A stretch of DNA of 64,000 nucleotides, taken from NCBI RefSeq assembly GCF_032062105.1, contig NW_026930103.1, positions 620,001 through 684,000 of the forward strand. Direction: 5' to 3'. The stretch is from Saccostrea cucullata. Its lineage: Eukaryota. The notes under the pieces are model-generated. The model did not search any database. It was not told the DNA's origin and was given only the letters and a program-made list of their open reading frames with translations. This document shows positions 53,469 through 64,000 of this stretch, piece by piece (the first letter of the stretch is position 1; each line of letters begins with the position of its first letter). The position numbers were made by a program, and so were the translations under genes.

Positions 53469-56400
53469 ATGTCAGAATCCCGTGGTAGTAATGTGAACCC
53501 CAATGACAAGGGTGGGGGTGAATCAAATCCTGATATTGAAACTAAAGTGAATTCTATGCAGTCCCAGATTTGTGATATTTCTACGGTGTTACAGAAACTT
53601 ACAAGGACTTTAGATCGTTTGGTTGACAAAGACCATGACATGACTGACTGTAGAAGTGAGTACAGTGATTACAGAACAATTGACAGAGTGAGTGAGCCTG
53701 ATGGTCATAGACATACTCTGCCCAGTGACGCAAACCAGTCACAATTTTGTTCGTTTGATTCGCGAACACAGGTACACCCTCATAATATTTTAGATAGACC
53801 ATCGGATTTTAATCCGTTCAGACCAAATTATGAAAATCAAAACCAGACTCGACAGACTGTCAGAGCAAAACCCGACACTTATGACGGCAGATCTAGTTGG
53901 ACAGACTTTATCACTCAGTTCGAAATTGTATGTCGGTTAAATAACTGGTCCAGTGAGATTAAAGCCCTACAATTAGCAGCTTGTTTGAGAGGCTCAGCCA
54001 GAAGTGTTCTGACTGACCTTAGACCCCATCAGCTTGACGATTATTATGAGTTAAAATTTGTTCTCCAAACTCGCTTCGAACCAAAGAATCAAACTGAAAT
54101 GTACCGCGCAGAAATGAATAGTTGGTATCGGAAAAGAGACGAAAGCCTCCCTGAATTAGCACAAGATATAAAACTATTGGCCAGACTTGCTTATCCCACA
54201 GCCCCGTGTGAAGTTAGGGATACTTTGGCATATAAATGTTTCCGTGATGCCTTACATGACCAAGATATGGGCGATTTGTCAGAGCGCGTCCGAAAATATT
54301 GACGAAGCGTTAAACCTTGCGTTGAAATTTGAAGCCTTCAAAATGAGCAGAAATCGGAAGTACACAAATACTCCATATTTGCATCGAGCAGGAGATTAGT
54401 GACCACAGCTATCAAGACCTGTATGTATGAAAATTCCCAGACCAATGTCTCGCGATCAGACCTCTCAAATCACAGAAATGAGACAAAGAAATGTTTCTAT
54501 TGTGGGAAACTGGGTGATTTTAAAAATAAGTGTAGAAAACGCCAGTTTGATCTACAAGCGGGAAAATATTTCCTCCCAAAGAATGAACGACAGACCAAAC
54601 TTTGCGGAGAGGTCCGAAACCTCTGAGATTATTCATGCACGTGATTGCGCTCACGGTCCTTTAAACGACCAGAGGCTGAGCCTGTAGGTCAAGTCTCAGC
54701 CTGTGATACTAAAACCCAAACTTGTTGTGAACCGAATGACAGTGATAGACCTAAAGAGCAAATATTTGAAATCAAAGAGGCCCGCAGTGATAGTTTATTT
54801 GTTGTTGCAAAATTGAATGATAGAAAAATAAATTGTTTGACTGATACTGGAGCCTCAGTTTCTGTATTACATAAACGAATTTTTTATGAAATTTCGGGGG
54901 ATGTAAAACCGAGTTTGAATAGAAATTGTGGGAAATTGAAAGTGGCTGATGGTGAAATGATTACCCCGGCGGGAGCCGCCCAGATGACTTTTGTTATTGA
55001 TGGTAAACCCAATAGCTATAGGATGTTAGTAGCCGATATTGAGGTACCCGCGGTACTAGGATATGATTTCCTGAGGGACAATAATTGTGAAATGAAACTT
55101 GGTGAGGGTACGCTCAAGTTAAATGGTGAATCGATTAGTCGTAGACTTCACAGCCAAATTCAGACCCTATTCAAACTGTCGTTGACTGAAAATGTGGTGA
55201 TACCTCCGTTGAGCGAAAGGATAATTCCAACAAGAATTTTGGGTGATCAGCCATTTGGGAAAACGGCTGTTGTTACGGATATAAGTCCATCTGTGTCAAA
55301 GAAAGGAATTCTAGTCGGGAAAAGTGTTTTTGACCCTAATAAATCTGAAATACCTGTGCGTGTTGTCAATGTTTCTGATACTCCACAAACCATTTACAAA
55401 AATACGGTTACGTCAGAATGTGAGATAGTTCTTGAGAGTGATGTAGTATCATTTCAAAATCGATCTTGTGATAAAATGAATGCGCATACCTTGAATAACC
55501 TTGACCTTTTAAAGGTACCAGAAGACAATATGTCTGTTCCTGACCATATCAAAGTTGTTCTTGACTCATGTAAAAACAATTTAAGCGATGTAGAATTGAC
55601 GAAAGTGTGCAATCTTCTGCGTAACTATTTAAGTGTGTTTGCAACCTCTAAATCGTCTTTAGAGGTTGCAAACAGATTGTGTTTTACACAAAATAAATAC
55701 ATAAAACAAGCTCCTAGACGTATACCCATGAACCAAAAAGAGAAAGTTTCGACGGAATTGAAACGAATGTTGGATGTTGGTGTTATTAACCCTCTAAATC
55801 TCCTTGGGCTTCCCCTATAGTCATTGTGCGCAAATCAGACGGCTCCATATTCTGTGTCGATTACCGTAAAGTCAATGAAGTCACATTAAAAGACTCTTAT
55901 CCTCTGCCCAGAATCAATGACTCCCTAGACGTATTACGCGGATCTTCGTGGTTTTCTGTACTTGATTTACAGTCAGGTTTCTGGCAGGTAAAAATGGATC
56001 CGTCAGACCAATAGAAAACAGCTTTCGTAACAAATACTGGACTATACGAGTTTACCAAGATGCCCTTCGGTCTTTGTAATAGTTCCGCGACTTTTGAGCA
56101 ACTCATGGAGAGTGTCTTAGCTGGATTACAATGGGAGACTTGTCTTGTTTACATCGATGATATCATCATCTTTTCTGAATTCTTTGAGACCCATTTAGAT
56201 CGTCTTCGTGATGTTTCAAAGAAAGGTCAAATTTCTAGGACATATAGTGTCTGAACATGGTATCGAACCATGTCCCAGTAAAATTGAAGCAGTCAAGGAT
56301 TGGCCCATACCCTTTAATGTGAAAGACCTAAGAAGCATTCTGGGAACCATTTCATATTATCGCCGTTTTATCAAAGGATTTGCTGACATTGCGAAGGCTT

Positions 56401-58443
56401 TGCATAAACTGACCGAGAAAACAGTTCAGTTCAGATGTACCAAAGAATGTGATATTGCTTTTCAGCGTCTTAAATCTGCTTTAATGACAAAACCTATAAT
56501 GTCCTACCCAGATATGTTCAAGTCATTTATATTAGATACCGATGCTAGTGGCACAGCTATCGGTGCTGTTTCGTCCCAGGTTCATGAAGATGGAGAACAT
56601 GTTGTTGCATATTTTACAGGTGCTTGTCCAAGCATGAGCGACAGTATTGTATTACCAAGAAAGAGCTCTTAGATGTTGTCGAAGCAATTAAGCACTTTCA
56701 TTACTATTTATTTGGAACAAAATTTCTTGTTAGGACAGATCATGGTGCTCTTAGCTGGTTACGACGTTTTAAAAATCCTGAGGGTCAGCTAGCTAGGTGG
56801 ATCCAAGTTCTTGATACATACAACTTTGACTTTCGGCATCGTCCTGGAAAACAACACTCTAATGCTGATGGTTTGTCTCGTCGACCATGCATTTCTTGTA
56901 AATTTTGCGAGAGACAAGAAGACAAAATCACTCATTCCAGCGAAGCTGTTGTCCATATGTCAACCCAAACGTCCTGTCTGGACTACGAATCAGTTGAGGA
57001 TCAGCATCCAGTCAATGCGGTTTCTACAGTGGAACCCAGTTCAGTTTCAGGGGACGATAACCTTTCTTGGTTCCAGTCAAAGTCAAATGATGAACTCTCA
57101 CAAGCCCAGAGACAAGATCCTGTTCTGAAACATCTCTTCTCCCTGAAAGAAAAATACAAAGATGAACCTCCTAAGTGGCATGAAGTTTCTCACCTATCCC
57201 CAGCCCTCAAATCATATTGGTCACAGTGGAAAAGAATTGAACTTGTTAATGGTGTTCTATACAGAAGATGGGTGGATGTTGATAAAAATTCTGAAAGACT
57301 GCAACTGTTGGTACCAAAATGTTCGCAGAGTGAAATCTTAACTTTGTTACATGACTCTTTGCTTTCAGGTCACTTAGGCATAACCAAGACCATACACAAA
57401 ATTAGGGAAAGATTCTATGGGTCAGATTATATGTCCCACACCAGAAGATGGATTGAGAAGTGTACTGTGTGTCAAAAGCGTAAAACCCCTTCCAAACCAA
57501 TTAGAGGAGCTAGGGTCCAATACAATGTTGGTGCACCCTTAGAGAGAATAGCTCTTGATATAATGGGCCCGTTGCCACAGACCCAGAAAGGACACAAATA
57601 TATATTGGTTATTACAGATTATTTCACGAAATGGGCAGAAGCCTACCCTATGATAGATCAGGAAGCAAGTACCATTGCCGATTTCTTGATTGATTTCATT
57701 TGTCATTATGGTTTGCCTTTACAAATTCATTCCGACCAAGGGAGACAATTCCAGTCTAATCTTTTTAAGGAACACTGTAAAACCCTTGGGATTGATCAAA
57801 CAAGAACCTCTCCTTACCACCCTCAAAGTGATGGACTCGTAGAGAGAATTAACAGGACAATTATTGATATGCTTAGTAAAACCATTATCAAAAGTCAAAG
57901 AGATTGGAACAGAAAATTACCATTTGTGATGCTAGCATACAGGTCCTCTATTCAAGAGAGCACTAAGGAATCTCCCTGTTTTTTGATGTTCGGTCGTGAA
58001 CCCCTTTTACCGGTTGACTTATTGTATGGAAAATGCCAAGACCGCAAAATAGTGTCCGATTATGTACAAGACCTTGTAACAAAATTGTGGAATGTGCATG
58101 AATCTGCTCGTGAGAATATTTTGAAAGCTAGTGACAGACAAAAGAAATATTATGACCTAAAGACCAGTGACTAAACTTTTTCCCTAGGGGATGGTGTTTT
58201 TGTTATTTAAACCCAGTGAAAATTAAGGGGAAATCACCAAAACTTATGTGTAAATGGGAGGATCCCTACACTATAGTCAGAAAAGTGTCAGATTTGATCT
58301 ACGATATTAAGACTTCTTCAACTTCCAAGTCAAAAGTTGTACATGAGAACAGATTGAAACCATATTTTGGGAGAATGAGAATGTGGTTTGTACCACCCAG
58401 TGATAGAAACACCCGTGCCCAGGGGACCCAAAATGACCAATAA
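53469..58443 (+). pseudogene. gag-pol pseudogene (multiple frameshifts and stops)
   Basis: Gag (KPDTYDG, degenerate knuckle CFYCGKLGDFKNKC), protease LTDTGAS, RT MPFGL/YIDD, RNase H DTDAS/RTDH, integrase HHCC plus LDIMGP/HSDQG/GLVER and a C-terminal SH3-like tail. Confidence 0.92.
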
Positions 58444-58534
58444 TAAAATAGTCACTCAGACCAAAGATTGAAATATTTACATGTAAATTTGTGTTGGTGA
58501 ACTTTTGTATTTATTTATTTTTATTTATTATTAG

Positions 58535-59222
58535 TGTTAACAGATATCTTGGATACCTTGCTGCTCCCTCTGAGGAACCCCTGCATCAATGCGATGACTG
58601 TTGACGGAGGTTCTTTTCAAAACACAAACTGTCTCGTCACAGGAGGAATACCCATGGTGACAGAGTCTTCTGTTCCTTCTGCTACTATTGTGTACCAAAA
58701 ACCAGGAAGTACCTACTAACAAAACATGAAGAAACTGTGCACCGGAGTAAGCCTGTCATTGAAAACAAAAGACCAGCAGCCAAGACACACCTACCAGAAA
58801 CAGCTGTAAGACCGCCCTCTCCTGTGTACTCTGACGTTTCTTCTGCAGAGTCTCTGCATCAGGAGGACCCATTGGATCTGTTGGACTTCTTCTTGGATTT
58901 TTCTGGGATATCTTTTCCTGAATTGATGTCGTTTCAGGACCCCAAGGATCCCAAGACCTTTGTTCCTGAGTCTTTGGACACTCCTGCTTGCACTCCTGTG
59001 GAGCACGCATTCCCCGTTCCTGCAGTCACCTCCCTAGAAGAGCCTCTGGACCTCAGCTTACCATCTGCTGCCTGGAACAGTACCTGCTCTGACGGACCTG
59101 TAGGACTTTCCCCACCTGCCGATTTTTCCTTTTCTCCATCACATCCTTTCATCTACTTCCAGAATCAGTATTTACTTGCCAAGATCACAGTTAACGCAGC
59201 AACGCAGATGGGCTTTTCTTAA
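58535..59222 (+). pseudogene. Accessory ORF3 of the Gypsy element: two C2H2 zinc fingers plus acidic Pro/Ser-rich tail with PLDLS
   Basis: The frame of ORF 58737-59222 extends upstream as CDDC*RRFFSKHKLSRHRRNTH and CSFCYYCVPKTRKYLLTKHEETVH with a single TGA at 58602-58604; T-rich tract and AG acceptors at 58534/58543. Confidence 0.75.
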
Positions 59223-59429
59223 AGAGAATCTACATGACTTTGTATTTCACACTGAATGTATGTGTTATTGAACTGTTGTTGAACAGTTGGTACATCGGTT
59301 TCATGTTTACATAAATTGTTAATATTTGTAAATGTTATGAAGATTGTATTTATTGGTAAATTTATTAAATGTGTAAAATCATTTTTATCCCCAAGATTCG
59401 AGGACGAATCTTTTGTAGTGAGGGGGTGA

Positions 59430-59746
59430 TGTAACGATTTTGACTGTTTATATATTCAAAATGTGTGTTTATCTATTTGTGTTTTAATTTATTCCGACCG
59501 GAAGATTCATTCATCATTATGGAATGTTTAAACTACATTTAAACTTGTTGTACATCATTGTTTTACCTTATTTAAAAGTCATGCTGTCATTTCATATGTA
59601 TACTTTCGTTTTCCATTACTTCCGGTCGCGGGAAAATATGTACAGGTTTTACCTAGAATTTGTCATGTTTTCGCGTTTTATAACGTCACGTTGGGTCATG
59701 CTACGTGACTTTGTTTTAACATTTAGTTTTAGAAGTCAGTTGGGAT
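59430..59746 (+). repeat. 3' LTR, 5' portion only
   Basis: Preceded by polypurine tract agtgagggggtga; colinear with the 5' LTR until ...agtcagttgggat, then abruptly unrelated. Confidence 0.9.
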
Positions 59747-60181
59747 CACAGGCACCTGACGTTACTTATTTTTCTTTTAATAAAAAAAAAATATACACAT
59801 ACCGAATAATAAACAAGGTATCCATCGAAATCCGCCATCTTGGATTTTCGAAGTAGGTCATCACTTGTATTTTCGTCTGAAACTCCGTCAAATAAACCAT
59901 ATTCTTTCTTTGGCCAGTCTTTCGAGGTCTAAACTTACGGACACTGCAGCCAGAAAGGCGCATCACACTTGCAAATATTGAAAATCCCTCGTCAAACTCG
60001 ACCTACTGCTTCAACATTCCGAGAAATCGCCAAAGGGGGGCCGGAAGTTTACATCAATATGCTAATGGGAATTCCGTATTTGTCAGTTTTGTGGGAACAT
60101 CACTCGGCCTTTTCCGTCAAGTCGAGAAAAAACCTCGGATGTAATTACTTGGACTCGGTCACGTGTCACGTGACAATTAAA

Positions 60182-63100
60182 ATGGCGGCGCCCATATGCA
60201 CGTTTTGTGGCCGAATTCAAAGAAATCTTCAGAGGGTAACCGGCACAAAACGTGCATACGAAAAAGATATTGAGAAAATTTTAACTGACGCTTTATGTCT
60301 CCAAATCAGTTTCACATTTGCGTGTAAGATATGTGTCCCATGCCTTACGTTATGTGAAAAATTCTGTGAGTTTAAAAGAAAGGTCAAAGGCAATACAGAG
60401 TTGTTAAACAGTTTGGCAATTTCACCGGCTCTTATGTCTCCTTCAACACCTAAGGGACCTACTCCAAAACGTCGTCGGATGAACACGCCCTTAAAGGTAA
60501 ATTATTTTTATTATGTCATGTGCTAGATTAAAGGCAAATATGCACTGATATGATACTTTATAGTACTAATGGAAAAACAGAACATACTAGTATGGGTATG
60601 GTCAGAGTATATCAAACAAATCATTTTTTATTGTTGGCTATTAACCATGTTAACTTCATTATTTTATGACAGAGTATAGCTGAGGTCAAGCCTACTGAAA
60701 AAAAAATTTCATCAAGGAGAAGTATTGACTTTGCTCATGATCATGGCTATAGCCTTCAAACTGAGGGTACGAATTGAAATTTCCATTATTTGAATATATT
60801 TTCTTATTTGAATTTTTATTTTAATTTTTTCAACTGAATGAATTCTTTAGTAGAATCTGTTGGAGAGACATTAGCTAAGAAAATCCACAGCAATTCAACT
60901 CCAAGAAAATCTGTTGCTGAGAAAATACACAGCAATTTAACTCCAAGGAAATCTGTTGCTGAGTGGCTAAAGGAAACTTGTAATCCTGGCTATAGCCTTC
61001 AAAATGAGGGTATGAAATGAAATTTCCATTATAATGCCCCTCTTTGAAGAAGGGAGGGCATATTGCTTTGCTGCTGTCTGTCGGTAGGTCTGTCTGAGGG
61101 TTGACCAAGTTTCCGTTCATTTTCTTTGCAGGGGTTGCACATACTGCAATGAAATTTTGAAATTTGGTATACAGATTTATCAGATGAATATCTAGGTCAA
61201 GCTGGGTACGATTGTGCCATTTTTGACAGAGTTATGCCCTTTTGGACTTAGAAAAATTCCAATTAGGGGGAGGGGACATAAGTGTTTTACAAACATCTCT
61301 TGTTTGAAATGTATTTTGTTAAAAGGTTTCTGATTACAACTCTCTCAAAGTATCATGATACAATATATTTATATTTTTTCAACTGAATGCATTCTTTATT
61401 AGAATCTGTTGGAGAGACACTAGCTAAGAAAATCCACAGCAATTCAACTCCAAGGAAATCTGTTGCTGAGAAAATACACGGCAATTTAACTCCAAGGAAA
61501 TCTGTTGCTGAGTGGCTAAAGGAAACATTATCCAAAGGTACGCTTTTTTCAAAGTAAAAAATAAAAATGAAAAAAATTGCAAACATGACAGTATGAGATA
61601 TCTTAGAAGGAAAAAAAAGAGAACTATGTTATTTATTAAAGTATATGTAAATATTTGCAGTTGATGAATCAAATGAAGAGCAAAAGGTAAAGAAAGAAAT
61701 AATTATACACCATTTGGCTGCCCTTCAGAAATTAGCCTTCAATGGCGCTAGTGTACTGTTCAAGAAATCTCCATCAGTGCTATGTGATTCAACATTATCT
61801 GAAATTGTTGATGAAATGAAGAACCATCTCCCATTTCTGTACAGTCTTCTGAATGTTATGATTGGAGTAAGCGGGTCAAAGACTGGTACCATAGCCTTGA
61901 TTTATGCCATGATATTACATAGCAGGAATAAGCAGGCTTCAAGAATGCAGAGGATCATGTCAACTTTTCTAATGAGTTGTAATGCCAGCAACATGGTAAT
62001 CAACCAATACTTGTATATTTAAGAATCCTTTATATTTACCTTTGATTTACCTTTAAGGGCATGATAAAGAATTAATTTCATGTACATGTATTTAGAATGA
62101 TCTGCCCTTAGATCTAAACTAAAATAAATTTAAATAATCTACTGTGTGGACTACCTAGTTTATGATCAATTCAAGCATTTAACATTTTACTAAGCCAAGA
62201 CAACTTAACTGAACATTTTTTTTTGCATTTTTTTCTAAGTACATGTATTCTGATCTTTATTTAGTTAATGACAAGACTAAACAAGTTTCATCTCACCCTG
62301 AGTGGAGACAGTAAGGTAAACCTTATCAAGGACTATGCTAATTATAATGAACACTTAGTGATTAAGGCAGTTGCAGCTGGAGAAGATGGAAAATTAAATG
62401 GTGACAACCTTGATATTTTTGTTACAACCAATGATATCAGAATGACAAACCACAACAAAGATTACCACTTCTTTGCCACTGATTGGACACCATACAGGGT
62501 CAAGCAACAAGATTTCAATGAACATGCTGGAGTGCAAGAGGCCATTGACCGTACCATTGATTTGGAACCCACAACTGAAAATTTTTTGGTGTCAGACAAT
62601 GAAAATAAGAAATTTGTTCATTATCTAGCACAGCTTCTTGGTAGAGAAATGTCTAAAACCTGTACAAACTTTAAGTGGCTGGAATCTGTAGTTCCCAAAC
62701 ACATTGAGCATTCTTTGTCAGATATTATGTCACGAAAAACTGTTTCTTACCGATTACCTATTCTCCTTAAGAATGAAGCAAAGTACGATGACTGTATTCA
62801 GATAATGGAATCATATGTTACAATGGTAACAGACTGGTACAACAAAGCCGGCAGAGGTTTGGCCATCAGTTGAAGACTGTTGAAATGTTGCCAGTTTCTT
62901 GGAGTTTTGTTTCATGTTAGTTTGAATTGAATATATTTTATTTCATTTTGTTTTTGCTCTAGTTTAATTTCAGTATTCAGACATCATTCTAGACTTTTCT
63001 GCAAGAATCTTCGCAGACTTTTTCCCTTCATATCTAACATTGTTAAAATACACCAAAAGCATAAGCATAAAAATATCTTTTTTAGCAATTCTGAACAAGA

Positions 63101-63629
63101 TTCAACCTTTGTAAATTAAAGTGAGCAAATACAATGTTGATTTTTTTGCTTGTGTTTTTGTTATTGAAATTATGTATTTTGAAATGGAATGAGTAATGAA
63201 ATTAATATTTATTAGAACTATTAATGGACTATATTAATTCATTTCATTCACATAAGGGGGGGGGGGGGTGTAGATTTAACTATTTACTAAAGATAAAGAA
63301 ACTTTGGATACATGAAAGCAGAAATGTGTTTAACATGTCTCTGGTGAAATCATTAATAAGATTTAGTTTACAAGTACATGCAAAAAAAAATATTCAAGGT
63401 CATCATTAGAATTAATAAGAATTTATTCATGTAATATGACCTTCGTATGTATTTAACAGGTGCTGAATTGACCAATTTGAAAGTGCCAGTAGGTGGAGAC
63501 CAACTTACCCGTGTTCGTTTGCAAGGTGCTAAGTCTCTTCGTGCTGGTTGTCATACTGCTCGTGAAAGACTGGACATTCTATTCCCAGTGGTTGTGGAAC
63601 TGTTCCATACAGTTATGGATTTTTTGGAG
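60182..63629 (+). CDS. Multi-exon DUF6589-like putative transposase with N-terminal C2C2 Zn domain (3' incomplete)
   Basis: Approximate exons 60182-60496, 60673-60766, 60854-61009, 61403-61537, 61661-61995, 62265-62856, 63460-63629. Motifs CTFC...CVPC, RLNKFHLTLS, GDNLD, PKHIEH, NEAKYDD, GGDQLTRVR, ELFH. Confidence 0.7.
61031..61304 (-). mobile_element. Short HINE-like element in an intron of the DUF6589 gene
   Basis: atgcccctctttgaagaagggagggcat hairpin, ctgt/ggtc microsatellite, ends ggggacataagtgttttacaaacatctcttgttt like 14372-14941. Confidence 0.65.
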
Positions 63630-64000
63630 GTAAAAAATAAATGCAAAGATAAGGACAGGCCTATGGTTGATACACCCATGCCCTAGGTGGTTCATTTTTA
63701 AGCTGATATACATTTGGCTATTCTTTTAACTACAGTTTCGTAAAAGTGCACATGCATATACATGTATGTTTAGTAATAATTGAGGCTTTTTATACATGAT
63801 CCTTAAACTTAATTAATAATTTGTCCAAAATTAGGTCCACAGTAATCGCTTTATTTTTGTCAGACAATATCTTCCATAATATTTTTTACCTAAAAGTTTC
63901 TTGGGGATTGAGGGACACATCTATACATATACATGTACTAGTAAAATTTATCTTATTTGCTTTATGAAATTTTAAAAAGCCTTGGTAAAATACTTTGTTT

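Larger units (their letters stand above)
52726..59746 (+). mobile_element. Ty3/Gypsy LTR retrotransposon, decayed, 3' LTR interrupted
   Basis: LTR-PBS-gag-PR-RT-RH-IN-extra ORF-PPT-LTR order; integrase downstream of RNase H. Confidence 0.95.
59747..64000 (+). mobile_element. Large DNA transposon inserted in the 3' LTR (Academ/AcademH-like, tentative); right end outside window
   Basis: Sharp junction at CACAGGCACCTGACGTTAC; contains a spliced DUF6589-type ORF. Confidence 0.6.

Noticed and set aside
58534-59222. env gene of an errantivirus-like element
   Set aside because: No signal peptide, fusion peptide or transmembrane segment; sequence is zinc-finger and disordered.

Overview
AT-rich, intron-containing animal DNA, most likely a bivalve such as an oyster (inferred from Helentron-type HINE repeats, the repeat families present and abundant TACATGTA). 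1-32.2 kb holds three tandem minus-strand paralogues of a non-canonical voltage-gated proton channel (Hv3-like: S4 'VPWRxxR', very long S1-S2 loop), with all coding exons reconstructable by hand. 37.4-48.1 kb is a two-gene DD37E IS630/Tc1/mariner transposon (paired-like transposase plus a divergent spliced PB1/Zn-finger/coiled-coil ORF2) with a second full copy inserted into its own ORF2. Next come a small stathmin-like gene (+) and a type-B carboxylesterase (-). 52.7-59.7 kb is a decayed Ty3/Gypsy LTR retrotransposon carrying, in the env position, an apparently spliced C2H2 zinc-finger/PLDLS ORF. Its 3' LTR is interrupted by a multi-exon DUF6589/Academ-like transposon that runs off the window. 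MITEs, HINEs, a SINE-like insertion, a mariner relic, hairpin elements and minisatellites fill introns and intergenic space. All exon calls and family assignments are manual readings without database searches.
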